Shown: one piece after another, positions 1 through 9,292 of the stretch
How the letters are laid out: each line of letters opens with the position of its first letter
How positions within the stretch are numbered: position 1 is the first letter of the stretch
Made by a program: the position numbers and the translations under genes
The notes under the pieces: generated by a model
Told to the model about the DNA's origin: nothing
Seen by the model: the letters and a program-made list of their open reading frames with translations, nothing else
Databases searched by the model: none
Source of the DNA: an uncultured SAR86 cluster bacterium
GTDB lineage: Bacteria; Pseudomonadota; Gammaproteobacteria; Magnimaribacterales; D2472
Assembly: GCA_943788365.1 (NCBI GenBank)
Contig: CALSPZ010000001.1
Span: 1,070,572 to 1,134,571, forward strand
Direction of reading: 5' to 3'
DNA: 64,000 nucleotides

Positions 1-679
1 TGGCATTTAAAATTTCTTCACCGCTAATATCAAAATCATGACTCTTAGACCTAAAATCATCAGCTATATCTTTAATATAGCCACCCTTATAAGAGCTTTC
101 TGGCATCTGATTATCTTCTAAATCAGCAAGCCTCAAACACACACTAGCAGTCAAAATATCAATCTGTCTCCCTGCATCATTTACGTAGTATTCTTTATGC
201 ACCTCATGTCCGCAGGCCTCTAAAATCCTTCCAATAGCATCGCCATAAGCAGCACCTCTTCCATGACCAACATGAAGTGGCCCAGTAGGGTTAGCTGAAA
301 CAAATTCTATTTGAATTTTTTTCTTAGAATCAAAACTATTTCTTCCATAATTCTCTAGCTCCATATTGGCAATATTTATAGAATTTAAAAATGCTTGTCT
401 TGAAAGTCTAATATTTACAAAACCAGGGCCTGCTGATTCAGCAGATTCTATGAAAGAGAATTTAGAAAGATTTGCAGCTAAATTTTTTGATAGCTCAGCT
501 GGATTTTTTTTTAAAATACCTGCTGCAATCATGCACACATTTGATGTGATATGCCCCTTTGACAGATCATCAGTAATTGATGTTGTATATTTTTTTTGAA
601 GAGTTTCTAGCATCTTTGGTTCAATGCTACAAAAATCTATAAAAAATGAGTCTATCAATTCATTAATATCTTTGATCAT
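1..679 (-). CDS. argS: Arginine--tRNA ligase, N-terminal part (gene runs off the left edge of the window)
   Basis: Absent from the ORF track because there is no stop in the window. My own minus-strand translation from the ATG at 677-679 reads MIKDINELIDSF...KIQIEFVSANPTGPLHVGHGRGAAYGDAIGRILEACGHEVHKEYYVNDAGRQIDIL. It has the class-I HIGH motif (HVGH) and the ArgRS-typical SANPTGPLH and YVNDAGRQ blocks. Confidence 0.85.
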   Translation of the reverse strand, partial: MIKDINELIDSFFIDFCSIEPKMLETLQKKYTTSITDDLSKGHITSNVCMIAAGILKKNPAELSKNLAANLSKFSFIESAESAGPGFVNIRLSRQAFLNSINIANMELENYGRNSFDSKKKIQIEFVSANPTGPLHVGHGRGAAYGDAIGRILEACGHEVHKEYYVNDAGRQIDILTASVCLRLADLEDNQMPESSYKGGYIKDIADDFRSKSHDFDISGEEILNA

Positions 680-683
680 ATAA

Positions 684-1244
684 TTATGCTCGGCTTGAGT
701 ACTCCTCTGTTCTAGTGTCAACTTTAATCTTCTCGCCTTCATTAACAAACAAAGGAACATTAACAATTACTCCAGTTTCTAGCTCAGCTGGTTTTGTTGC
801 TCCAGACACTGTATCTCCTTTAACCCCAGGCTCGGAATTAGATATAGTGAGTTCAACAAAGATAGGCGGCTCCACTAAAATAGGCACATCATCCCAAGTA
901 ACAACCTCGCATATCTCTTGGCCTATAAGCCATTTTTTCGCATCTTTCATTACCTCAATCCCTACCTCTATCTGTTCATATGTAGAAGAGTCCATAAAAT
1001 GCCAGCTACTTCCATCGGAGTACAAGAACTCCATTTCTTTATGATCAATATCAGCAGTCTCGACAGATTCTCCCGACTTGAACGTTTTATCATTTGTGTT
1101 TCCCGTTATAAGGTTTTTATATTTAACTCTCATAACAGCTTGCCCTTTTCCAGGCTTATGGAACTCATGACTAACAATTGAGCAGGGCGCTCCATCTAAT
1201 AAAAGCTTTGTTCCATTTTTGAATTGGCTTGTAGAAATTTTCAT
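684..1244 (-). CDS. efp: Translation elongation factor P
   Basis: 186 aa. Begins MKISTSQFKNGTKLLLDG...EFHKPGKGQAVMRVKYKNL. It has the EF-P KPGKGQA loop with the modifiable Lys, and the length and domain order are typical. Confidence 0.95.
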   Translation of the reverse strand: MKISTSQFKNGTKLLLDGAPCSIVSHEFHKPGKGQAVMRVKYKNLITGNTNDKTFKSGESVETADIDHKEMEFLYSDGSSWHFMDSSTYEQIEVGIEVMKDAKKWLIGQEICEVVTWDDVPILVEPPIFVELTISNSEPGVKGDTVSGATKPAELETGVIVNVPLFVNEGEKIKVDTRTEEYSSRA

Positions 1245-1277
1245 AGTTGTGTTATTTTAATTGAAGAGGTCATTAGA

Positions 1278-3098
1278 ATGAAAAAATTATTTATATTTAT
1301 TATTACTTTCGCAATTGTAACTTCTTGTAGCAAATCAAGCGAACAAACCAAACAAAATGAAGAACTTATAAACTTTCTTGAAAAAGTAGAACAAGATAAC
1401 GAATTATTGAATCCAGTTATTTATTCAGCTTCATGGATTAGTTCAAACTTCATAACACATGACTCGCAGATGGTTCTCTCTGACTATTCAAAAAGAAGTA
1501 CTTTAGATGCTTTACAGAAGTCAAAAGATGCAAGCGCATTTAATAATGTCATTACTTCTGATAGCAATAGAAGAAAATTAGAAATACTTAAAACGGCTTT
1601 TGTTATGCCGCCGCCTTTTGATGATGCGCTTGCTTCTGAACTATCAAAAATAGAAACAAAGTTAAGTGCGATGTATGGAAGTGGTAAATACTGCTATTCA
1701 GAAAACGACTGTAACGATCTAGAAGGTTTTGAATCAATTATAGATAAATCAAGAGATCCAGATCAGCTAAAGCGAGCTTGGAGCGGTTGGCATGAGATAG
1801 GAAAACCCATGAAAGATCCCTATATAAGAATGGTTGAGATAGGCAATAAAGGCGCACAAGATTTAGGTTTTTCAGACTTATCAGATCTTTGGTTTAGTAA
1901 ATATGATATGCCTTCCGAAGAGTTTCTAAATAGTATTGATGGTGTATGGGAGGATGTTAAGCCGCTCTATGAGGCTCTTCATTGCCATGTTAGAGATAGT
2001 CTTAATAATGAATATGGTGATGATATCGTAGATATTGCTGGCCCCATCCCCGTACATTTGCTGGGAAACATGTGGGGCCAATCCTGGTCAAATATTTACG
2101 ATCTTGTTTACAAGCCTGATAGCAAAGAAAGCTCATATGATGTTACCAATATAATACTAGAGAAAGATCTTAGCGAAATAGAAATGGTCGAGATAGCTGA
2201 AGATTTCTTTTTGTCTATTGGTTTTGATTCTTTGCCAAAAACATTTTGGGAAAGATCTTTATTTACGAAGCCATTAGATAGGTCGGTCGTATGCCATGCA
2301 TCTGCCTGGAATCTAGATCCAGCAAATAATGACCTAAGAATTAAAATGTGCATTGAAAGAAATGAAGAAGATTTTTCTACAATCCATCATGAGCTTGGTC
2401 ATATATTTTACTATCAGGCATACAATCATCTGCCGTCTCTTTTTAGATCGGGAGCAAATGATGGATTTCATGAGGCCTTTGGAGACCTATTGACCTTATC
2501 TATTACACCTGATTATCTCAAACAAATCGGATTTATCAATCAAGAGCAAGCAGAGAAAGCCAAAGATGATGCTATAGGGCTTTTAATGAAACAAGCCTTG
2601 GAGGGAGTGGTTGTAGTTCCTTGGGCACTAATGCTGGATAAATGGAGAGCAGGAGTATTTAAAGGCGAGACCTCATATGAAAACCTAAATAATTCATGGT
2701 GGGAGATGAGGAATAATTATCAAGGCATATCTGCTCCGGATATAAGAGCAGAGGATAGTTTTGATCCAGGAGCAAAATATCATATACCAGCAAATACTCC
2801 ATACACCAGATATTACCTAGCAAGGATTATGCAATATCAGTTTCATGAGGCGTTATGCAAGTCGTCAGGGTTTGATGGACCACTGCATGAATGTTCGATT
2901 TATGGGAATGTTGATGCGGGTAAAAAAATTATCTCTACCATGGCGCTTGGAAGGAGTGTTCCATGGCAAAGTGCATTTAAAGAAATAACAGGTTCTCAAG
3001 AGCTTAGCGGTCAGTCTATAATTAATTATTATAAACCTTTAAAAGATTGGCTTGATATTCAAAATGAGAATAGGTCATGCGGATGGAGCGAAACATGA
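1278..3098 (+). CDS. Peptidyl-dipeptidase A (MEROPS M2, angiotensin-converting-enzyme-like), predicted lipoprotein
   Basis: HEXXH zinc site HHELGHIFYY plus the downstream FHEAFGD third ligand, as in ACE (HHEMGH...HEAIGD). Start trimmed to the ATG at 1278, which follows AAGAGG. The N-terminus MKKLFIFIITFAIVTSCSK is a signal peptide with a lipobox Cys. Confidence 0.85.
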   Translation: MKKLFIFIITFAIVTSCSKSSEQTKQNEELINFLEKVEQDNELLNPVIYSASWISSNFITHDSQMVLSDYSKRSTLDALQKSKDASAFNNVITSDSNRRKLEILKTAFVMPPPFDDALASELSKIETKLSAMYGSGKYCYSENDCNDLEGFESIIDKSRDPDQLKRAWSGWHEIGKPMKDPYIRMVEIGNKGAQDLGFSDLSDLWFSKYDMPSEEFLNSIDGVWEDVKPLYEALHCHVRDSLNNEYGDDIVDIAGPIPVHLLGNMWGQSWSNIYDLVYKPDSKESSYDVTNIILEKDLSEIEMVEIAEDFFLSIGFDSLPKTFWERSLFTKPLDRSVVCHASAWNLDPANNDLRIKMCIERNEEDFSTIHHELGHIFYYQAYNHLPSLFRSGANDGFHEAFGDLLTLSITPDYLKQIGFINQEQAEKAKDDAIGLLMKQALEGVVVVPWALMLDKWRAGVFKGETSYENLNNSWWEMRNNYQGISAPDIRAEDSFDPGAKYHIPANTPYTRYYLARIMQYQFHEALCKSSGFDGPLHECSIYGNVDAGKKIISTMALGRSVPWQSAFKEITGSQELSGQSIINYYKPLKDWLDIQNENRSCGWSET

Positions 3099-3943
3099 GT
3101 AAATTTATAAATATATTAATTTCAATGGCTGTTTTTATAGTTGCATTGCTCATAGCAAATGGAACTGGATTAGATTTGGTTGTTAAAGCAGTAATAATTG
3201 CATTCTGTATGCAATGGGCAGCATTTATTCCTGCCTATGCACTTCAAACAGAAAAGTTTTATGACTTAATGGGGAGCGTTACTTACTTAACAGTAATGTG
3301 GTTCTCCTTGTATTACTCATCTAATAATTTTTCAAACCTAAACGGTGCAAATATTGCTTTAGTATTTCTTATAAGCTTATGGGCTCTAAGACTAGGCAGC
3401 TTTTTGTTTATGAGAGTACATAAGGATGGGGAGGATAAAAGATTTAGAAGTATAAAGCCATCTGCAACACAGTTCTTCATGACATGGACCCTTCAGGGGC
3501 TATGGGTTTCTCTATGCTCAATGTGTGCCTTAACAGCAATTTCATCAGATACTGGCGTATCCGTAAACATACTATTTTATATTGGACTTGGTTTATTCAT
3601 ATATGGATTTTGTACCGAAGTTATTGCTGATAAGCAAAAATCAATGTTTAGAGCAATTCCTGAAAATAGAGATAAATTTATTACTACTGGTTTATGGGCC
3701 AAATCAAGACATCCAAATTACTTTGGCGAAATAGTCTTATGGCTGGCTGTGGCATTGATGTCACTCTCTTCTTTGCAAGGACTTCAATACATTACGCTTA
3801 TCTCGCCAATCTTCACCTATATACTTTTAGTACATGTGAGCGGGGTAAGAATGCTTGAATCAAGAGGGCATAAAAAATGGGGGCATTTGGATGAATATAA
3901 GCACTATCAGAAATCAACACCAATGCTATTTCCAAAGCTATAA
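3095..3943 (+). CDS. DUF1295 / steroid-5-alpha-reductase-like polytopic membrane protein
   Basis: About 8 hydrophobic segments and the C-terminal RHPNYFGEIVLW motif typical of DUF1295/ICMT-like families. The ATG at 3095 overlaps the upstream stop (ATGA), indicating translational coupling to the M2 peptidase. Confidence 0.7.
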   Translation: MSKFINILISMAVFIVALLIANGTGLDLVVKAVIIAFCMQWAAFIPAYALQTEKFYDLMGSVTYLTVMWFSLYYSSNNFSNLNGANIALVFLISLWALRLGSFLFMRVHKDGEDKRFRSIKPSATQFFMTWTLQGLWVSLCSMCALTAISSDTGVSVNILFYIGLGLFIYGFCTEVIADKQKSMFRAIPENRDKFITTGLWAKSRHPNYFGEIVLWLAVALMSLSSLQGLQYITLISPIFTYILLVHVSGVRMLESRGHKKWGHLDEYKHYQKSTPMLFPKL

Positions 3944-3995
3944 TTTTTCGAAAAGGTGAGATTAAATAATCTTTACATTAAAGTTATATATAGAT

Positions 3996-4031
3996 TTTGC
4001 ATATAAAGCCATCACTGTTATTATATGCAAA
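3996..4031. promoter_or_regulatory. Perfect 11-bp inverted repeat (TTTGCATATAA-N14-TTATATGCAAA) just upstream of the TonB2-type cluster
   Basis: Read directly. Left arm 3996-4006 and right arm 4021-4031 are exact reverse complements. The repeat lies 18 nt upstream of the preferred start codon (4049) and just after a possible TTAAAT-17-TATATA promoter (3962-3990). It could be an operator or a 5'-UTR hairpin. Confidence 0.35.
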
Positions 4032-4048
4032 CTTTTAGGGAGTCAATT

Positions 4049-4837
4049 ATGAAAAATAAATTGTTATTTATGCAATTATGCATAATCTTTTCTTTGCCTT
4101 TAAGCACGTTTTCTGAAGAAAATGTTAACGTTGTAACCGCAACAGTTAATATGGAAAGTGTTTTAAAAGTTGGTAGAGAAAATCAAGAGTTGTCGGCATC
4201 TTCTCAAGATAAAATCGATGCTACAGAAAGACAGACTGATAAGATAGTTAACGAATGGAAAGCAGTTTCAAAGCAGGTAGAAGGCTTAAAGGTCTATAAC
4301 GAACAAAAAAGAATACAAATAAAAGCTCAGCTTGAGTTAATGGATAAGCTCGATGATCAGCTTGTACAAGTAGTTGTTATGCAAAGGCAGATTCCCCCTT
4401 TGGCACAAAGAATGCTTGAAAGTCTTGAGAGCTTTATATCCCTAGATACCCCTTTCAGACTAGAAGAAAGACAGAACAGAATAGATGTTGTTAGATCATC
4501 TCTCGCAAAACCTAAAGTTACTGCTTCTGAGCAAGTTCGACAGGTTTTAGAGGCATACAATATCGAAGCCGAATACGGTAGAAAAGTAGACACATATCCA
4601 CAAACCATATCAATAAATGGAAATGACCTAGAAGTTAATATCCTTGTTATAGGAAGGGTCGGTATGTTTTATCAAACAAAAGATGAAAGATCTAGTGGTC
4701 GTTGGAATAACGAAATCGGTTCATGGGAAGACCTTCCATCAAGCTACACAAAAGCAATCAGAGACGGCATAAGAATGGCTAAGAAGTTAACGCCTGTAGA
4801 TATGCTGATGATGCCAGTAATTAAAGGAGAGGCGTAA
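4049..4837 (+). CDS. DUF3450 periplasmic coiled-coil protein, TonB2-system accessory (TtpB-like)
   Basis: Start trimmed to MKNKLLFMQLCIIFSLPLSTFS (signal peptide) behind GGGAG. The protein is coiled-coil rich. It is the first gene of the conserved order DUF3450, large MotA/ExbB, ExbB, ExbD, TonB, TPR. Confidence 0.7.
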   Translation: MKNKLLFMQLCIIFSLPLSTFSEENVNVVTATVNMESVLKVGRENQELSASSQDKIDATERQTDKIVNEWKAVSKQVEGLKVYNEQKRIQIKAQLELMDKLDDQLVQVVVMQRQIPPLAQRMLESLESFISLDTPFRLEERQNRIDVVRSSLAKPKVTASEQVRQVLEAYNIEAEYGRKVDTYPQTISINGNDLEVNILVIGRVGMFYQTKDERSSGRWNNEIGSWEDLPSSYTKAIRDGIRMAKKLTPVDMLMMPVIKGEA

Positions 4838-6219
4838 TGAAAAATTTAAATATACTTCCGTTTTTTATAGTCTTCTCACTAGTTTCATCTTTATTTGCAC
4901 AAGATGATATTGTTGTTGAAGAGCCTACAACTGTTGAAGCTTTGCTTTCTTTGGTTAAGGAAGGAAAAACAAGAGAACAGTCTGAAAATGCAGAAAGAGA
5001 AAAGAAGTTTCTTTCAAATAAGAATAAACAGGCTTCTATTTTAGCTGCAGAAAAAAGAGAATTAGCAAGACAAGAAAAAATTGCTGATAAGCTCGAAGCA
5101 GATTACAAAAGAAATGAAGAAACTCTAAGGGTAAAGGAAGAGGCATATAAAAAAGAATTAGGTTCATTGGTAGAATTATTTGGACATCTTCAAAGCTCGG
5201 CTGGAGAGGCTGCAGTTCAGTTTGGGGGCTCCCTTACTTCTGCACAATATGGAGCCGAAAGAGTTGCATTCCTTAATGATTTAACAGGAAAAATGTCAGA
5301 GACGACCGAATTGCCTACTATTAGAGAAATAGAAGGTCTATGGTATGAATTACAAAGAGAAATGGTCGCAAGTGGTCAAGTTGTAAGCTTTAACACTATG
5401 GTAAGTGATACTGACGGAACGTCTTCAGAATGCAATGTTGTTAGAGTAGGTCTATTTAATGCAGTATGTGATGGCAAATATCTCGAGTATTCCGTTACAA
5501 AAGGGCAGTATGCTTTTTTGCCTAGACAGCCAGCAGGTAGATTTACAAAAACAGCTAAAAACATAGCCGCATCATCAGGTGAGCAAGTTAAGTTTGGTAT
5601 TGATCCTACAGGCCCTACTGGAGGCAGTCTATTAGCCAACCTAATACAAACTCCTTCATTGGTTGAGAGAGCTCAACAGGGAAGAGAAGTGGGGTATGCG
5701 ATTATCGCAGTTGGTACTATCGGTATACTTATAGCCATATATAAACTTATTGAGCTTGCAGGTGTAGCCAAAGCTGTAAGAAGTCAAGCAAATTCAAAGG
5801 CTGCTGACTCAAGGAATCCACTAGGAAGAGTCTTAAAGGTAGGCCAAGATAATTTTGAGAAAGATATTGATACATTAGAGTTAAAACTTGCAGAAGCAAT
5901 AATGGCTGAGAGACCAGCTATTGAAAGATGGATTGGCGCAGTTAGAATTATTTCTGTTGTAGCTCCACTAGCAGGTTTACTAGGAACGGTAACTGGTATG
6001 ATCGTTACTTTCCAAATGATTACATTATACGGAACAGGAGATCCTAAGCTTATGGCTGGTGGTATCTCACAAGCTCTCGTTACAACAGTTCTTGGTTTGT
6101 TAGTTGCAATACCGACTACTCTTCTTCATTCTTTCACAGCATCTTCTGCTAGAGGAATAATAAGTACATTAGAAGAGCAGAGTACAGGTATTTTGGCTGA
6201 GCATTCTGAAGCTAAGTAG
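4837..6219 (+). CDS. Large MotA/TolQ/ExbB-family proton-channel protein (TtpC-like)
   Basis: 460 aa. It has a signal/coiled-coil N-terminal region and a C-terminal MotA_ExbB core (APLAGLLGTVTGMIVTFQ...MAGGISQALVTTVLGLLVAIP). A 1-nt TAATG overlap joins it to the upstream gene. Confidence 0.8.
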   Translation: MKNLNILPFFIVFSLVSSLFAQDDIVVEEPTTVEALLSLVKEGKTREQSENAEREKKFLSNKNKQASILAAEKRELARQEKIADKLEADYKRNEETLRVKEEAYKKELGSLVELFGHLQSSAGEAAVQFGGSLTSAQYGAERVAFLNDLTGKMSETTELPTIREIEGLWYELQREMVASGQVVSFNTMVSDTDGTSSECNVVRVGLFNAVCDGKYLEYSVTKGQYAFLPRQPAGRFTKTAKNIAASSGEQVKFGIDPTGPTGGSLLANLIQTPSLVERAQQGREVGYAIIAVGTIGILIAIYKLIELAGVAKAVRSQANSKAADSRNPLGRVLKVGQDNFEKDIDTLELKLAEAIMAERPAIERWIGAVRIISVVAPLAGLLGTVTGMIVTFQMITLYGTGDPKLMAGGISQALVTTVLGLLVAIPTTLLHSFTASSARGIISTLEEQSTGILAEHSEAK

Positions 6220-6227
6220 TTATTAAT

Positions 6228-6758
6228 ATGCCATATGCACTTGTAGAAGCACTCTCGTCCATAAGAGACTTTATGGAAGCTGGTGGAAGCGTGCTATGGC
6301 TAATTGCTATTTTGGTTTTCTTTATGTGGGGGATGATCTTTGAGAGAATATGGTATTTTTCTCATGGACATAACATTTATGTCAAAAGCCTTTCTGAAAA
6401 GTGGAACTCACGAAAAGACAAGACCTCTTGGCATGCATTACAGATTAGAGAAAAACTAATATCTGAAGCAAAAATACAAATTAATAAAAATATGACCATG
6501 ATTCAAACGTGCGTAATGCTTGCACCACTTTTTGGTCTTCTAGGAACAGTTACTGGAATGATAGAAGTATTTCAAGTAATGGCTTTTAATGGGGGTGGTG
6601 ATGCTAGGGCTATGGCCGGTGGAGTTTCAAAAGCAACTCTTCCAACTATGGCTGGAATGGTAGTTGCACTTTCTGGAGTCTTTATAAGCATATATCTAAC
6701 AAGTGCTAGTGAAAAACATGAAACAGACCTTAATGAATTAATTAAAAGAGAACTATAG
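6228..6758 (+). CDS. exbB: Biopolymer transport protein ExbB
   Basis: 176 aa with three TM segments and the motif APLFGLLGTVTGMIEVFQ...MAGGVSKATLPTMAGMVVAL. Confidence 0.85.
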   Translation: MPYALVEALSSIRDFMEAGGSVLWLIAILVFFMWGMIFERIWYFSHGHNIYVKSLSEKWNSRKDKTSWHALQIREKLISEAKIQINKNMTMIQTCVMLAPLFGLLGTVTGMIEVFQVMAFNGGGDARAMAGGVSKATLPTMAGMVVALSGVFISIYLTSASEKHETDLNELIKREL

Positions 6759-6766
6759 GAGTATTT

Positions 6767-7177
6767 ATGAGAAGAAATGCAATCACAACAGCAGTTAAAG
6801 AAGAGGATAGCGAAATAAACTTAACGCCTATGCTTGATGTAGTCTTTATCATGCTTATATTTTTTATTGTTACTGCAAACTTTATCAAGGAGCCTGGTTT
6901 GGAAATAAATAGACCTGACTCAGATACAGCAGAAACACAAGAAAATGCTGCCATTCTTATAGCTGTCGGCGCTACTGGTGAAGTCTGGATGGATGGAAGA
7001 AGAATTGATGTGAGACAAGTAAAAGCAAATGTTGTAAAAATGTTAGCTGATAACCCTCAAGGTTCAGTTGTAATTCAGGCAGATGAAAAAGCAGTTGCTG
7101 ATACAATAATTAAAGTAATGGATGGAGCTAGAGAGGCAGGAGTCTCAGCAATTTCTTTAGCTTCTGAACCTAAATAA
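6767..7177 (+). CDS. exbD: Biopolymer transport protein ExbD
   Basis: 136 aa. It has INLTPMLDVVFIMLIFFIV (the ExbD/TolR N-terminal TM with Asp) and a periplasmic domain. Confidence 0.85.
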   Translation: MRRNAITTAVKEEDSEINLTPMLDVVFIMLIFFIVTANFIKEPGLEINRPDSDTAETQENAAILIAVGATGEVWMDGRRIDVRQVKANVVKMLADNPQGSVVIQADEKAVADTIIKVMDGAREAGVSAISLASEPK

Positions 7178-7187
7178 ATAAAAAAAC

Positions 7188-7886
7188 ATGCAATCTGTTC
7201 TTAAGATTTTTTCAGTTCCACTTAGGGCACTTCATGCTTTATATATTTCAGCATTCAATGCAAACAAATGGGTAGCCGGTATAGGTTTTTCAGTTCTTAT
7301 AACTACAGTGCTTTTCTCTATAATGGTATTACTTATATCTCTTGGTGATAGTGGAATAAAAGAAGATAAATCAGTTAAGCTCGCAGATATAGTTATGCCC
7401 GAAAGGCAAATAGAAACTTTTATGACAGAAGTTGATAAGCCAGAGAAGCCGGATGAGCAACCTGAAGATATTGCTCAGCCAGATGTGGACCTGCAGCCCC
7501 TTGCTGGTCTTGATGTAACTATCAGCAAACCTAAAGCACAAAAAATGACAGGCGGAAGTTTTTTTAGAGATGGAGAATATATACCACTATTTAAAGTGAC
7601 TCCTATATACCCAAGGCGAGCTCAGGAAAGAGGAACTCAGGGATATGCTTTAGTAAGATTTACCATTACAGACAGTGGTACTGTAGAAGATGTTGTTCCG
7701 GTTGAGGGAATGTGCGGCGATCCACAGAATCCAGAAACAGAGTTTAGACCCTGCACCATGTTTAATAGCGCTTCAGCAAGAGCCGCTTTGAAGTTAAAAT
7801 ATAAACCAAAGGTTGTTGATGGCAAAGCAACATCTGTAGAAGATGTCCTTCATAGGTTTACATTTATTTTAGCTGAGGATGATTAA
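7188..7886 (+). CDS. tonB: Energy transducer TonB
   Basis: It has an N-terminal TM segment, an acidic Pro/Glu-rich spacer (KPEKPDEQPEDIAQPDVDLQP) and a C-terminal TonB_C domain (YPRRAQERGTQGYALVRFTI...). Confidence 0.8.
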   Translation: MQSVLKIFSVPLRALHALYISAFNANKWVAGIGFSVLITTVLFSIMVLLISLGDSGIKEDKSVKLADIVMPERQIETFMTEVDKPEKPDEQPEDIAQPDVDLQPLAGLDVTISKPKAQKMTGGSFFRDGEYIPLFKVTPIYPRRAQERGTQGYALVRFTITDSGTVEDVVPVEGMCGDPQNPETEFRPCTMFNSASARAALKLKYKPKVVDGKATSVEDVLHRFTFILAEDD

Positions 7887-7888
7887 TA

Positions 7889-9292
7889 ATGAGAACTAAA
7901 TTTTTACAAACTTTATTTATATCAATTTGTCTAACAATGGCCTCAGTTGAGATAACAGCTCAATCTTCAAAATCTAAGTCTGAACAAAAAATTAAATATA
8001 AAAAAGCCAGAGCATTACAGACATCAACTGCAAAAAAAATGGCTAAAGTTTATGAAGCCTTAGAGAGAATGAATGAAGAGACAGGAAAAGAAGATCCAGA
8101 TTATGATACAGCTAAAGAAATCCTTGGGGAGCTAAGAGCAAATGCTGATAACTTAAAAAGCTACGATAGGTCTGTTGTATGGAATTCATGGGGCTACCTA
8201 TATATTGTTGATGAAGAGATTCAGTTAGCAATAAATTCATATAAAAAATTAATAAACGAACCTGAAGTAACTCTAGGCCTTAGAAATGCAGGGTTGCTAT
8301 ATTTAGCTCAGTTATATATGAGTGATGGACAACACCAAAAAGCTGTTGATCTTATTTTAGAGTGGATGTCTCAGGTAGAAAAAATAACGGCACAGTCTTG
8401 GTCAATATTGGCTGGAGCATATTATCAACTCGAAGATTATGACAAATCTTTAATAAATATGGAAAAGGCAATAACACTTGCTGAAGAAGAGGGGTATAAG
8501 CCAAAAGAAAATTGGTATATGACCGTCGTTGCTTCTGTTGAAGAGTTAAAAAATAAAATAGGCATTAAGAAAGCAATGTTAAAACAAGTTGCTATATATG
8601 AAATATTAGTAAACCTCTATCCAAAGAAAGCCTACTTTGTTCGTCTTGGACAAACTTATGGGCAACTCGATAGAGAGAAAGATTTTATGGTTACGCTTAA
8701 TTCAGCATATCTAAAAGATTTACTGGATAAAGAAACCGAGTATGTAACTTTAGCTCAACTACTTCTTCTAAATCAGAACCCTTATCAGGCTGCAAAAGTT
8801 CTTGAAGCTGGAAGAGTAAAAAAAGTTATAAAAGTTAATGAAGAGACAAAAGAAGAACTATTGGTTGTTGTTGTTAAAGACTCTGAAAAAAATCTAAGAC
8901 TTTTAGCTGATGCATGGAGAATGGCTCAAGAGATAGATAGAGCTATTCCTATTCTTGAAAGGGCTGCAAAAATGTCTAAAGATGGAAAGAATTATGTATT
9001 GCTTGGAAATCTATATCTTGCTGAAGATAACCTAGAGCTTGCCATTGATTCTATTAAAAAGGGGCTTGAAAAGGGTAAGGTTTCCAAAGTTTCTCAAGTT
9101 TATTTGACTCTCGGGCAGGCCTACTTTGAGCTTCAGATGTTTAATGATGCAAAAAAACAGTTTGGAAAAGCTTCGAGAGATAAGGATAAAAAAGTTATAG
9201 CAACAGCCAATAATTGGATTAGATATACCGAAAGGGAAGAAGAGAGAGTTAAAAATCTAGAACTAAGAAGAGAGTTTATTAAGAATTCTTAA
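7889..9292 (+). CDS. Secreted TPR-repeat protein, last gene of the TonB2-type cluster (TtpD-like)
   Basis: It has a signal peptide and multiple TPR-like A/Y/L repeats (LGQAYFELQMFNDAKKQF and others). The position after tonB matches Vibrio-type TonB2 clusters. Confidence 0.65.
   Translation: MRTKFLQTLFISICLTMASVEITAQSSKSKSEQKIKYKKARALQTSTAKKMAKVYEALERMNEETGKEDPDYDTAKEILGELRANADNLKSYDRSVVWNSWGYLYIVDEEIQLAINSYKKLINEPEVTLGLRNAGLLYLAQLYMSDGQHQKAVDLILEWMSQVEKITAQSWSILAGAYYQLEDYDKSLINMEKAITLAEEEGYKPKENWYMTVVASVEELKNKIGIKKAMLKQVAIYEILVNLYPKKAYFVRLGQTYGQLDREKDFMVTLNSAYLKDLLDKETEYVTLAQLLLLNQNPYQAAKVLEAGRVKKVIKVNEETKEELLVVVVKDSEKNLRLLADAWRMAQEIDRAIPILERAAKMSKDGKNYVLLGNLYLAEDNLELAIDSIKKGLEKGKVSKVSQVYLTLGQAYFELQMFNDAKKQFGKASRDKDKKVIATANNWIRYTEREEERVKNLELRREFIKNS

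Noticed and set aside
366-599. 77-aa plus-strand ORF from the track.
   Set aside because: It lies entirely antisense to the strongly supported argS reading frame (HIGH motif region). It has no SD and a low-complexity composition, so I treat it as a shadow ORF.
715-1181. Two plus-strand ORFs (715-1044, 918-1181) overlapping efp.
   Set aside because: They are antisense to a full-length, canonical EF-P. Their Ser/Thr/Ile-rich translations are typical of AT-rich antisense frames.
3957-3980. A possible Fur box (GATTAAATAATC, 5-2-5 inverted repeat) upstream of the TonB2 cluster.
   Set aside because: It matches only about 10 of 19 positions of the Fur consensus in an AT-rich background where such matches arise by chance. 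The stronger 11-bp inverted repeat at 3996-4031 is reported instead.
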